Below are positions 1 through 10,847 of a stretch of 64,000 nt of DNA, piece after piece. The notes below the pieces were generated by a model. The model had not been told where the DNA came from, did no database searches, and saw only the letters and a list, made by a program, of their open reading frames with translations. The position numbers and the translations under genes are program-made. This DNA comes from a virus (taxonomy: Duplodnaviria > Caudoviricetes). Positions within the stretch are counted from its first letter, which is position 1. Each line of letters begins with the position of its first letter. The stretch spans positions 5,602-69,601 of IMG/VR virus record IMGVR_UViG_3300029305_007680, one strand, 5' to 3'.

Positions 1-1260
1 TATGCAGTACTTGAATTATATAATCTAGGAAATGAAATTTTATAGTCACTATCATATTGAATATATCCATATTCTGCAACTAAAACATCTACATCACCTG
101 TATTAACTAAAACTTTATTATTTGTTGTAGTTGTTTCAAATGTTTGTCTATATACTGGTCTTCCATCAATTCATGTTCCTATTACTTGCTCTTCAGTTGA
201 ATAATTATTATTACTAACAATAGGACCCTCTACTACAATAGCCCAATCAGAGAAAGTATTACTAGTAATTGCATAAGGAGCTTGCATACCACTACCAACC
301 GCAATCAACGTTGGACTTGTAGTTAAGTACAATTTACCATCACCTGGGCAATTAGCTAAACAACCATAGGATTTAGATTCATACACAACATCTAATCTAG
401 ACCATTTATCATTAACACCATTATTAACTAAGATATAACAATCACAAGCTACATTACCAAAAGGAGAATCAATTTCATATTGAGCATTTGTAGCTAATTG
501 TTTAGGAATATCTTTTGTTACAATATGCAATTCAGGAGTTACATTAAAACGTGTTCCTTCCGGTACTATAATTTTTTGATTAGAATTTCCAACAGATACT
601 CTAACCGAACCGGAAATATTATTTCAACGAAAACCTTCTACTGTAGATGAATCCTTAATTAAAACTTGACCATCTAATCCATCCTCAGGTAATTTAGTTC
701 CAACATCATCTGGATTTGTTCATCCCAATTCATCTCCATTCTTACTTAATAAATATCCATCTGATCCACCTTCAGGAAGTATAATATTAGAACCTCCAGA
801 CACCTCTATATTTTTCAATAATTCGTCTATTTCTTCCTTAGTGTATATATTAGATGGACTGGATATGACTGAAGCTCCGAATAATAAAGCTTTACCTGAT
901 ATAGACTCTGAAAAAATAAGTTTTATTTCGTTATCATTTTGAAATTGAATTTCAGATTCAATTTGTTTATTACCATCTGAGTCATATACAATTACAAACA
1001 AATCCTGTGTGTTTAAGTTATGTGCTATATTTCATTCAGTACTTTCTGTACCTTGTTCAAATTTAAATGAAGTGTTTGTTCTAGTAAAATCTAATATGTT
1101 TAATCATTCCAATTGACCAGATGTAATATTAGTTGAATAGATATATAATCCGATTTTCCTTAAAAATAGTCATACCCTCAACTGGATTCTCTGGAAAATT
1201 TTCAAATTTATTAAGAATGTATGTACTATTTTTGAATTCTAAATTACTTAATACTTTCAT
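1..1260 (-). CDS. Tail fibre / receptor-binding protein, family A paralog (runs off the window start)
   Basis: Starts MKVLSNLEFKNSTYILNKFENFPENPVEG. Joins track ORFs 720-1001 and 171-530 when TGA=Trp, with one extra C at 1152 (aat-C-gga). Has the family C-terminal motif YSTEEQVIGTWIDGRPVYR. Confidence 0.8.
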
Positions 1261-1316
1261 AGTTCTGCCTCACGTAATTCATATAGTATAAAATTATTTA
1301 TATGTGAAAATTGTGG

Positions 1317-1345
1317 TTAACAGGAAGGATTTTGTGATGTATAAT
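1317..1345 (+). promoter_or_regulatory. Sigma70-like promoter TTAACA-N17-TATAAT upstream of the RT
   Basis: ttaaca ggaaggattttgtgatg tataat; the same motif precedes several other genes. Confidence 0.6.
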
Positions 1346-1372
1346 AAGATAAAAACATAAGTTGATAGAATT

Positions 1373-2407
1373 ATGAAAAGATATGGTAATTTATGGGATA
1401 AGATAGTAACATTTCCAGCTTTATTAGAAGCGTTTGATAGGGCTAAGAGACGGAAGCATGATAAGATTGGTGTTATAAAATATAATTTTAATATGGAAGA
1501 TAGGTTATTTGATTTAAAAGAGCGGCTGGAGAATGGTACATGGAAGCCAGGACCAGTTAATGTTTTTATGGAGTATGGAGTTAAAATTAGAGAGATTCAT
1601 GCCCCATATTTTGAAGATAGAATTGTACATCACGCATTAGTTTCAGTAATTAATCCAATTTTTGATAAGTCATTTGTTCATGAATCATATGCATGTCGTA
1701 TCGGTAAAGGTAATATTAATGCAATGAAAGAATTGCATAGTAAGATGCGAAGCATGCATGCTAAAGTTGGACCATATTATTTTTTGAAAGCAGATATAAA
1801 GAAATATTTTAATAACATAAATCACGAAATTTTATTTAACATATTAAAACGAAAAATAAAAGATAAAAAAGTTCTTGATTTATGTTGGAAGATTATACAT
1901 CCTAAAGAAGACGAAAATGTCGGACTTCCTATTGGAGCATTAACATCACAATTGTTTGCTAATATATACTTAAATGAGTTAGATTATTATATTAAAAGAA
2001 CATTAAAATGCAAATATTATATAAGATACATGGATGATTTCGTCATTTTAGAAAAATCTAAAAGAAGATTACATTTAATTTTGAAATGTATTGAGTTATA
2101 TTGTAAAAAATATCTACAATTGGAGTTGAATCCTAAGACTAATATAGATCATGTTAAGAATGGAATTAATTTTGTTGGATATAGATTGAAAATATCACAT
2201 AGAACATTGAGAAAGAATAACAGAATAAATTTCAAGAAGAATCTTAAAAAGTACAAATATTATTATAAAATAGGAAAATTTACTGCGGAGGATGTTACAA
2301 GACGAATAAAGTCATTAGTTGGATTTTCAAAACATTGTTCAAGTGATACGTTTAGAAGATATGCATTTGCATCAATCAAATTTATAAAGGACAATAAAAA
2401 TGCTTGA
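1373..2407 (+). CDS. DGR-type reverse transcriptase
   Basis: Motifs FEDRIVHHAL, LKADIKKYF, GLPIGALTSQLFANIYL, YIRYMDDF and INFVGY. 344 aa with no intron maturase/endonuclease domain; Avd gene follows directly. Confidence 0.93.
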   Translation: MKRYGNLWDKIVTFPALLEAFDRAKRRKHDKIGVIKYNFNMEDRLFDLKERLENGTWKPGPVNVFMEYGVKIREIHAPYFEDRIVHHALVSVINPIFDKSFVHESYACRIGKGNINAMKELHSKMRSMHAKVGPYYFLKADIKKYFNNINHEILFNILKRKIKDKKVLDLCWKIIHPKEDENVGLPIGALTSQLFANIYLNELDYYIKRTLKCKYYIRYMDDFVILEKSKRRLHLILKCIELYCKKYLQLELNPKTNIDHVKNGINFVGYRLKISHRTLRKNNRINFKKNLKKYKYYYKIGKFTAEDVTRRIKSLVGFSKHCSSDTFRRYAFASIKFIKDNKNA

Positions 2408-2785
2408 TTATAATGAATATATACTTATGTCTAAGTTTGAAAAATTTGACACAGAAATGACTAAATGTCTTAGACAATTTCCTAGATTTGAACGGTATTG
2501 TCTAGCAAAGGATATTCGAAACACATCAGGTAAATTTTTAGATGTATAATTAGCTTGAATAAAAGATATTTTAAGAAAACAACATTGACAGAGTTGGATG
2601 TTGAATTGGGATATCTTAAATATCTAATGAGAAAAAGCTATCGATTTGGATACTTAAATGTAGAGAAATATAATATTCTCATCGATTATCTTATTCAAGA
2701 AGGTAAGATGGTAGGTTCTTGGATAAATAGAGTTCTTTTAGAAGAAGCTAAAGATAATCCCAAAAATAAAGTAAAGAAAAAATAA
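2400..2785 (+). CDS. avd: DGR accessory variability determinant (Avd-like four-helix protein); apparent 1-nt deletion near 2545
   Basis: MLDYNEY...QFPRFERYCLAKDIR...LNKRYFKKTTLTELDVELGYLKYLMR...EGKMVGSWI matches the Avd pattern. The frame changes at gatgt/ataatt. Confidence 0.85.
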
Positions 2786-2790
2786 ATTTG

Positions 2791-2820
2791 AAAAGGCATT
2801 CTAATTAGAATGCCTTTTTC
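2791..2820. terminator. Bidirectional hairpin terminator after avd
   Basis: aaaaggcattctaa/ttagaatgcctttt perfect inverted repeat between convergent genes. Confidence 0.7.
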
Positions 2821-2821
2821 T

Positions 2822-3240
2822 TTATTCAGCTTTAATTAAATATCTAACAGCTGTATTTATCTGTATCTCACAGATTTCTCTACTAGCAATTGTATCTTCT
2901 TCTGTTTCACTTTCAAAAAATACACCATAACCGTCTTAAAATACACTTCTGTAATCTGGTAATTTACTGCTTTGTAATACATTATGTAATTTTGAATATT
3001 TAGATGTATCATATTCCGAATCATCATATTCAAATCATATTACATCAAAATTAGGGAAATTATTTAAACTTGATCATGAACATATACATCCAATTGGGAA
3101 TGCGCTGTCTCTTATTTGTATAATCATTTCGTTTAATTTTGTTAAAATATCCTCCCATACATCTGGATTTGATATTGGATTTTTATTTGTTGAGCTTTTT
3201 AGAGCTCTATATAAGTTTCCATCAGATCCTTTTTTAGAAA
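2822..3240 (-). pseudogene. Degenerate tail-collar paralog (family C); start codon and first ~30 codons deleted
   Basis: Homologous to 31380-32079 and 32121-32753 (DGNLYRALKSS, RDSAFPIG, SKLPDYR, NTAVRYLIKAE). The upstream motif tatataattatttctaaaaaagga is fused directly to tctgatggaaac. Confidence 0.7.
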
Positions 3241-3254
3241 TAATTATATAGATT

Positions 3255-3833
3255 TTAACTTAATTGTATGCAAATAGGTTCGCCATATCCTATTTTGTCA
3301 AAAATTGTCATTTTTGCACAAAAGTATCTGTTAATCCTACCTGATGAACTTCCTATTCTGTTGTTATAATGTGGAATGATTTTAACATCTGGTCCTAATA
3401 TCTGAGCTTGAATGTCTGTTCTTGTGTGTACATATTCCATATCAACACCTCCTTCACTAGTTCCAACATCAACATAATTATAACATTGTATACTATATAT
3501 AACTAATCATTTATTTCCATAGTTAGGTGTATAAAACGCATTTTCATTTGATGAACATCTTGCTGTACTTAGAGCGCCTAAAACAACACTTGTACTTCCA
3601 ACTAATTGTTCGGCTGTTTTAGAAACTTCAGCAACTTCAGCAACTTTAGCAATCTCAGCGATTTCTGCTATACCAGCTTTATCAGCATAAGCAATTGTAC
3701 AATTAGTTCTTCCAGTTCCACCTTTATTACATGGTATTACTGGACAATTGGATAAATCGGTTTTTATTGCCTTAGCAAAGTTTGAGTTGATATCGGAAGC
3801 TTTTATCAATTCTCCGGATTTGAATATCTTCAT
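3255..3833 (-). CDS. Short tail-fibre-like protein, family B paralog (192 aa)
   Basis: MKIFKSGELIKASDINSNF...PCNKGGTGRT, then AxxA repeats, then TPNYGNKW. Track ORFs 3507-3833 and 3255-3440 are one frame with TGA=Trp. Confidence 0.75.
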
Positions 3834-3966
3834 AATTTCCTCACTTGAATTTTCAAAAATTCATACAAAAAATCCAAAAAAAGTAAATACAACTTATAAA
3901 ATTTTCAAAACAAATAAAATAAGAAGAATATTTAACTGTTTTTAGTTTAATATTAAATTAATTTTT

Positions 3967-4029
3967 CATAGTTCTGCCTCAAAGAATAAATAATTTTATA
4001 CTATATGAATTACATGAGGCAGAACTATG
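3967..4029. promoter_or_regulatory. 15-bp inverted repeat enclosing a conserved spacer; the right arm contains the RBS and ATG of the family A gene
   Basis: catagttctgcctca...tgaggcagaactatg; copies at 22994-23056 and 63648-63710, half copy at 1258-1299. Confidence 0.75.
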
Positions 4030-5877
4030 AGAGTATTATCAAATCTTGAATTTAAAAATAGTACATATATATTAAATAAATTTGAAGATTTTCCAGAGAA
4101 TACATCTGAAGGCACAGTTATCTTTAAGGAAAATGGTCTGTACATCTATTCAACCAATATTACATCTGGAAATCTTGAATGACTTAACATATTAGATTTT
4201 ACACGAGTTAATTCATCATTTAAATTTGAACAATCATCTGAAAGCACAGAATGAACTATAACACATAACTTAAACACACAGGATTTATTTGTTATCGTTT
4301 ATGACTCAGATGGGAACAAACAGGTTGAATCTGAAATTCAATTTCAATCTGATAATGAAATCAAATTAATATTCTCTGAATCAATATCTGGTAAAGCATT
4401 ACTATTCGGAGCATCAGTTGTTTCAAGTCCAAGTAATATTTACACTAAAGAAGAGATTGATGAGTTATTAAAGAATATTGAAGTTTCAGGTGGTGGATCT
4501 AATATAATATTACCTGAGAATGGAACAGATGGTCAAGTATTGATTAAGGATTCAAGTACTGAGTCCGGATTGAATTGGAGTGATCAGAATAAGACTGAAT
4601 ATCCATCTAATGGTTCAAATGGGCAGGTATTGATACATGATGATACGACTGAGATTGGGGCTAAGTGAGGTTTAATTCAAGCTCCACATAATATGAGTAT
4701 TGGTGATATGGGTTATACATACTCAGATAATCCACCATCAAATGCTTTATTCTGTGGTGGATTAGTAAGTAAAACTCAATATCCTGAGTTGTATTCTATT
4801 ATAGGTGATAAATTTACAAGTGATAATTCAATCAGTAAAGATAATTTAATTGTACCTGAATGGGATTTTTCCGAAAATGATTCAGTTATTTCAAATATAG
4901 AAAGTGATTTAACTTTAGGTGAAGATAGTTATTATACAGCTATATTAAATGATAGTATCAGAGTAACTACACGCGGTAATAGTGGTGGAGTTTCTTCTGA
5001 TGGAGGAACATGCTATGCTGGCTGGTATGCATTTAATAATGCACCATATCCAGGCGGAAGTAAGTGTGGTTATCAATGGTCTGCATATGAAAATGGAACT
5101 TCTATATTAGAAGTAGAATACTTAGATGGAACTAAATTTGCTCCATATCAATATGGAATTAAAAGAAGAGCGGGTTATAATACCTATTATTTTACAGCTT
5201 GAAAATTTTTAGGTTATGATGATTCTACTCAAGAATGGATTATATTAGATGAACATAATAATGGTACAACTGAATATCCTCCATATAATGAAATTAAATA
5301 TTTTAAAATAAGTTCATATGATAATACAAAATTATATTCTAAATTTAGGTTAGAAGTAACATGTAACACATATGCTCAAATAGACTTTTTTAGAATATAC
5401 GGAACTAAAGAAGGCGAAAATTCTATATATGATTTATTTGCTTTACCTCCAAGTGTAGAAGACACAACTGGGGCTAAAAATTATATAATAGCAACACCTG
5501 GTAATGATAAAGATTATAACTTCTCTACTGAAGAAAGAGTTATTGGAACCTGAATAGATGGAAAGCCAATATATAGAAGAACATTACAGCTTACAAGTCC
5601 TAATACTTTAAATACCTATACAAATGTATATGATTGTTCAGATTTCAATATAGAATTAGTTACTAATTTATATGGCACAATGATAGGTTTCTCAGATAAT
5701 AATAGTAAATTTAATGTTACAATAAATTACTATTACGGTTCTGGAGAAACAGGTGATGTAGGCATCAGCACTTATTACGATTTTGGTTCTCACTCCATAA
5801 AAATGGGTGTCAATCATCAACATTATATGAATAGTTTATGTTATATTAATATAGAATATACTAAAACAACAAATTAA
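4027..5877 (+). CDS. Tail fibre / receptor-binding protein, family A paralog (616 aa)
   Basis: Continuous frame with TGA=Trp. Conserved N-terminus, collar-like YPELYSIIG segment, discoidin-like middle and C-terminal GTWIDGKPIYRR...EYTKTTN. Confidence 0.82.
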
Positions 5878-5908
5878 TTTAGAAATAGGGAGAAGTTCTC
5901 CCTATTTC

Positions 5909-6291
5909 TTAAATAATAGCTAATGCTATAGATCATTGAACTTGTACAAATTCTTGATTTCCATAATTTGACATATATCCTATTTGTTTTCCTTTCGTTG
6001 TAAGTCCACTATACATTCTTATGAACCATGTACTTCTCACATGGAACTATACATATAAAATCATCTAGAACCATAATCAGGAGCATATATATAACGTCCC
6101 TTTACAACTAATTGTGTATGCGTTTCGAAATTAATAATTCCGGGATGTTCAATCACCCATACCACGATTCTAAATCTAATGACTTAGCAACTCCAGCTAC
6201 ATCAGCATAAGCAATTGAACAATCAGTTCTTCCAGTACTGACCTTTGTTACGCAGGATAACAGGACAATTTGATAAATCTGTTTTTATATT
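5909..6291 (-). pseudogene. 5'-truncated, frameshifted family B paralog
   Basis: IKTDLSNCPVI...TGRTDCSIAYAD...APDYGSRW is present. The start (MKIFKSGE...) is replaced by the hairpins downstream of the DGR target. Confidence 0.7.
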
Positions 6292-6293
6292 AA

Positions 6294-6387
6294 AAACGGG
6301 ATTTTTCGCAACAAACGAAAAATCCCGTTTTAGGGGGTTCGGATGTATGATAGATATGAAAAAACCCACCTTTTCGGTGGGTTTTTG
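6294..6387 (-). terminator. Two hairpins downstream of the DGR target gene
   Basis: aaaacgggatttttcg-caacaaa-cgaaaaatcccgtttt and aaaaacccacc-ttttc-ggtgggttttt. Confidence 0.65.
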
Positions 6388-6405
6388 GAATTTGTTGTCT
6401 TTTTA

Positions 6406-6427
6406 TGACGTTGCTCCCGCAACGTCA
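6406..6427 (-). promoter_or_regulatory. DGR target-recognition hairpin candidate (9-bp stem, GGGA loop on the coding strand)
   Basis: tgacgttgc-tccc-gcaacgtca, about 20 nt downstream of the target stop codon, as expected for DGR cis hairpins. Confidence 0.7.
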
Positions 6428-6446
6428 GTGCAGTAATCAGCTCCTG

Positions 6447-7920
6447 TTATTCTTTTGCGAGGCGGCAGCCGATGTTGGCGTAGGCGTGGGACGCGGCAGC
6501 GTGGAAATTGAGAGCGAAAGGACCGGCACCGGGACCCAAGGGAGTAAAAGCCACCAAAGTAGCACACCGTAGTACCACCATTAGAACCATAGAAGTAATC
6601 AGAATATGTTCCATCAGCATAAGTTAAACTTGTTTGATCTGGTAAGAATACTGAACCTAGATCATAATCATCAGTTTCACCAATATGCATATCGATAACA
6701 TAACCGCTATTTGCTGCTGTTCATGAACTTCCATATGCAGGACAGGTTTTATCAGTTGTTATTCAAGTTTTATTACCCTTATTGTCTCATATTCTGTATT
6801 TATAGCCACTAACATCAATACCATCTAAACATTGTCATACATTAGCATATCAACCAACGATTCCTCTATATGTAGCTGTTGCAACTGATGTTTCATTTAC
6901 ATTAGCAGCACCAGAGTGATCAGCTCTTCCTCTACCTAAAACAGCTTGAGCATTTGTTGTTGCATGTTCAACTAAGAAAAGCATTGCAATTGCTTCTTGT
7001 TGATAGAAAGAAGCTAACATTCATCCTGATTGATCATCAACATTTCTATTTGAGCAGTATGTTTTGAAATTTGTTCAGGAAACATTAACTCATGGAGCAA
7101 CATCAGGAACACTAGCAACCATTGAATTTCCGCCATTTGAACCCTGATATTTACCATATCAGAATTGATCTATTTCAACTCCATCTTTCATAAATGCTGG
7201 ATGAACTTTGAATGAATCATCAATTTTAGTTGGTGATATTCATAGTTTTCTATGACCTTCATTCTTGTAATAGAACTTAGGAATTTTTATCATGTATTGT
7301 TCATCTATTATTTCTTCTTTTATTTGTGAATAGATTGGATGATTATAGAAATAGACAGAGGAAGCATTTGTAAATTTTCCATTTTGGTTAATATGAACTC
7401 ATGTTCCTGATCCACCACCAAAGCCTAGCATTTGAACACCGATGACTGAATCAGTAGCATCTTGTTCAGAATTTTTCATTAATTCATCTATTTGTTCTTT
7501 TGTGTAGATGTTTGAAGGTGTTGCATTGACTGATGCAGCGAATAAGATTGCTTTTCCACTTAAAGCTTCAGAGAAAGTTATTTTAAGTGAGTTGTCATCT
7601 AGAAATTCAACACCAGATTCAATTTGTTTGTTATTATTTGCATCATAGACAACGACAAATAGGTCTTGTGTATTTAAATCATGTTGAATTGTTCATTCTG
7701 TAGATTCATCATTTTGAATATGAGTATATGATGCGTTTTGACGAGTTAGATCAAACAAATTGAATCATTCAATTGTTCCAGAGAATATATTTTCAGCATA
7801 GATATATAAGCCATTTCCTTTGAAGATAACCATACCTATTTGTGGGTCTTCAGGAAATTCATCAAATTTTGACAATATATGTGCACTATTTTTAAATTCA
7901 AGATTAGATAAAACTTTCAT
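6447..7920 (-). CDS. DGR target: tail fibre with divergent family A N-terminus and C-type-lectin-like variable C-terminus (490 aa)
   Basis: One frame with about 13 TGA=Trp and one extra C at 6531. Contains YMIKIPKFYYK, VHPAF, YGKYQG and ends GGFYSLGSGAGPFALNFHAAASHAYANIGCRLAKE, typical of DGR CLec variable regions. Confidence 0.88.
6450..6600 (-). repeat. DGR variable region (VR); matching TR not found in this window
   Basis: Sharp GC-rich, A-poor island with a GGxxxxGSxAGxFxLN...IGxRL frame and variable first/second codon positions. Confidence 0.75.
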
Positions 7921-8287
7921 TTTATAATCCTCGCAATATTATCAAATTTACAGAATTATATATGAAATTTCATGATTTTTATCAAAATTTATTTTTAAAA
8001 GTTAACTAATTTTAATAAAATGTTGTTATATATTTAGGATATTTTTGAACGAATGGAATGCAGTTATATATTTTATCTAAAAGAGTTCTTTCTCTAAGAA
8101 TTGTCATTTTTTCTATATCATCTGTTAGACTTTCAGATATGAAGATTTTTTTATTTAGTAGACCATTTTTAATATGTCTGTTAAATTTATATCTTAGATT
8201 ATGATCTGTTTTATAGAATACAGTTGTTTCATTGTAGCCTATTTCTATATTTGTGAATCCATGTTCTAGTGTTTCATTTCCTATTTT

Positions 8288-8530
8288 CTAAAAAAATAGG
8301 GTACTGCATGTTATGACTCTTTTATCGGGTTTGAATTTATCTACTGAAATAATAAGAGCATTTTTGATATATTTTAGATTTTCTTTATATACTGATATTT
8401 CCCCGCCAACAATATATAGATAAAATAAATGATATGAAGATCTTAACATGTTTATATAATTAGTAAAATCTTCACTTGATGAGAATCCATATATAGATGA
8501 ATCTCTATTTTGATAGATATAGCTAGCCAT
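8288..8530 (-). CDS. Hypothetical protein (frame stays open after the TAG down to 8012)
   Basis: ORF track; AT-rich codon usage. Confidence 0.45.
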   Translation of the reverse strand: MASYIYQNRDSSIYGFSSSEDFTNYINMLRSSYHLFYLYIVGGEISVYKENLKYIKNALIISVDKFKPDKRVITCSTLFF

Positions 8531-8720
8531 TAATATCCTCTAGAAATTGTTTACTTATAAATTTAAGTTTTCCATTTTTTATATATAACATATGTTTTCT
8601 TGTATTTAATTTGATTTCATTAAAGTCTTTGTGATTAAAAGTGTATGTTTTATATATATTTAAGTCTTTATCAGTTATTTCTATATCAATATCATTGAAA
8701 TTATAATAGTGATATGACAT
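8523..8720 (-). CDS. Hypothetical protein
   Basis: ORF track; overlaps the next start. Confidence 0.5.
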   Translation of the reverse strand: MSYHYYNFNDIDIEITDKDLNIYKTYTFNHKDFNEIKLNTRKHMLYIKNGKLKFISKQFLEDING

Positions 8721-8789
8721 TTCATAGTTCCTTTTTTATTTAAATATAAATAAGTTTGTTTTATATGTTAATCATATAGGAGAAAAAAT

Positions 8790-9061
8790 ATGGATGATTG
8801 TGATTTGCGGATATTTATATGCATATATTATGGAGTCAATAGATGAAGAAATAAAACCTATGATTGAATCATTTATAAGAAACAAGAGCATATTTATAAA
8901 GTGTGATAAGAATAATGGAGAAAGTATAGAGTTTGATATATTCCGGTTATAATGATGTTATATGTGCTGAATTTAGATTAGCTAAAGCCGCATTTATTAA
9001 AAAGGTGTTTATAGATGATATAAATAAAACAATTTTGAAATTTATAAACGAAGATAATTAA
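8790..9061 (+). CDS. Hypothetical protein with two C-before-Gly sites
   Basis: RBS ggag plus ATG; the 272 nt give an open 90-codon frame when the C at 8808 and at 8944 is skipped. Confidence 0.5.
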
Positions 9062-9091
9062 TTTTTATATATCTTCGTTTATAAGATATGA

Positions 9092-9340
9092 TTAATCTAT
9101 ATCGCATATATAGAATGAGTCAACATGTTTTAGTGGGGTTTTATGATCAAAAGATTCGATGCTATTATTGTTTAATGCTAAATCGTAGAAGATATGTCCT
9201 GGGGTGAATGTAACAGCCATAATTTTAGCATAAATAGCTCCAGTCATATCTTTTATTTTTCCTTTTTTTCTGTCTATTTTATTAATATCAGGTTGAAATA
9301 ATACAATTTCACCTAAAGAAAATCTAGATGTAAATTCCAT
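9092..9340 (-). CDS. Hypothetical protein
   Basis: ORF track; RBS upstream. Confidence 0.55.
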   Translation of the reverse strand: MEFTSRFSLGEIVLFQPDINKIDRKKGKIKDMTGAIYAKIMAVTFTPGHIFYDLALNNNSIESFDHKTPLKHVDSFYICDID

Positions 9341-9352
9341 TATAAATCCTTT

Positions 9353-9943
9353 TTAGTTTGTTCTGAATTGTGATACACAGGAAGATAATGCATCATATGC
9401 ATATTGAGCACCATTTGCAGAACGAGCATATGTGATTGTTTTTGATGGATCAATGTTATATGATTGTGCAATTTTATTTACATTTAAATCATCAGTACCA
9501 ACATATAAAAATTCCCAATTATACACTTCTTTTTGTTGTTTAATCAAATCCTTTACCTGTTGATATGTTACTTCTTTAGATGAATTTTCTTCACCATCTG
9601 TCATAATAACAATCATAACCTTTTCGGGACGTTCAGATTCATCCATAGAAGAAAAATGAACTCCCATTTCAGTCATTGTTGCAAAAACAGCATCATTTAA
9701 TGCTGTCATTCCATTTGTAATATATGTTTCATTATCTAATTTAGAAACTTTATCTAATTGAATAGATTTATGTTTCATAGTATATTTATCAGAAAAAAGT
9801 GTAAGCCAGATATTGCATTCTCCAGATATTTTCTTTTGTTTTGTTATAAAAGAGTTGAATGAGCCGATGATGTCATATTTTATTGGAGTCATTGAACCGG
9901 AACAATCTAAAATAATTCCAATTTCTACTTTATCTTTTTTCAT
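9353..9943 (-). CDS. von Willebrand factor A domain protein
   Basis: MIDAS-like ILDCSGSM, GMTALNDA and VIMTDGEEN. Confidence 0.85.
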   Translation of the reverse strand: MKKDKVEIGIILDCSGSMTPIKYDIIGSFNSFITKQKKISGECNIWLTLFSDKYTMKHKSIQLDKVSKLDNETYITNGMTALNDAVFATMTEMGVHFSSMDESERPEKVMIVIMTDGEENSSKEVTYQQVKDLIKQQKEVYNWEFLYVGTDDLNVNKIAQSYNIDPSKTITYARSANGAQYAYDALSSCVSQFRTN

Positions 9944-10156
9944 TTATAAAATCTCCTTGAAATTTGGATATTTTTCTATAAACCATTCAGCGGATTTTAA
10001 TTCATTGAAATAAAAAATTTCACCTTTATATCTTAAAGATAGATAAAATTTAAACCATAAAAATGAACATAATTGTTTAACAACATATATATAACCATAA
10101 TACGGATTTCTAATGACATGTATTCTAAGCCTATCATACTTCTTAAGTAATTTCAT
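9944..10156 (-). CDS. Hypothetical small protein, similar to 10575-10847
   Basis: Shared xQLx.FLx..F..xLRY segment. Confidence 0.5.
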   Translation of the reverse strand: MKLLKKYDRLRIHVIRNPYYGYIYVVKQLCSFLWFKFYLSLRYKGEIFYFNELKSAEWFIEKYPNFKEIL

Positions 10157-10574
10157 TTATTTCATCCAAAAAGTTTTTATTTTCTTTCGATTTTTTAAAT
10201 AAATCAAATATAAAATCATTAAGTCCTCAATGTCACTTGGATAATTTAGTCAAGTTATTAATATCCAATTTATGTAAAAAGGTTAAGGCATTCTTTTTGA
10301 TTTAAATTTCTTTCTCCTTAATAAAATCTTTTATTTCTTGTGGAAGATTAACTTTATCTATATTTTTTGACAATAAGCCATATTTTTCATAAGCTTCTTC
10401 TAATGAAAACATATTTCATCTATGGAAATAATATCATAAATAAGATCTATAATCTCATTATATATAGATTTAAATGATATTCATGTCAATGAGCAATCAA
10501 TTTCAACTATAAAATATCATGAAGAAAGTCCTATATCATTATTCTTAAACTTATATCATTTATAAAGTTCATAT

Positions 10575-10847
10575 TTATTTTTCACAATATATCACATCTT
10601 TCATATTATTATCAATTCTTTTCATATTATTGTGAATATATAAGTTAATTTTATCCTGAATTGTCCTTTCTGAATTACATATTATAACCGAACCATCACT
10701 ATATCTTAACTTAATCCAAAAACTTAAAAATAAAAATTTATATAACTGATATGCAATATACCTATCAGTTATATATTCCAATTCAAAATTATTTTTAAAT
10801 TTTGATTCCGTATATTTAACAATTTTAAATGTTTTTCTTTTTAACAT
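10575..10847 (-). CDS. Hypothetical small protein
   Basis: ORF track. Confidence 0.5.
   Translation of the reverse strand: MLKRKTFKIVKYTESKFKNNFELEYITDRYIAYQLYKFLFLSFWIKLRYSDGSVIICNSERTIQDKINLYIHNNMKRIDNNMKDVIYCEK

Noticed and set aside
1373-2407. RT as a group II intron, retron or Abi RT
   Set aside because: It lacks maturase/endonuclease domains and retron motifs, while an adjacent Avd and a CLec VR target indicate a DGR
2540-2550. Programmed frameshift in avd
   Set aside because: No slippery motif seen and a different type from the CGG sites; more likely an error or an inactivating deletion, to be checked in reads
3967-4029. MITE or IS element
   Set aside because: No target-site duplication or transposase; the arm is the RBS/ATG of the adjacent gene
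8288-8290. In-frame TAG followed by about 90 open codons, suggesting TAG recoding
   Set aside because: Single case next to a homopolymer; TAG ends many other genes cleanly
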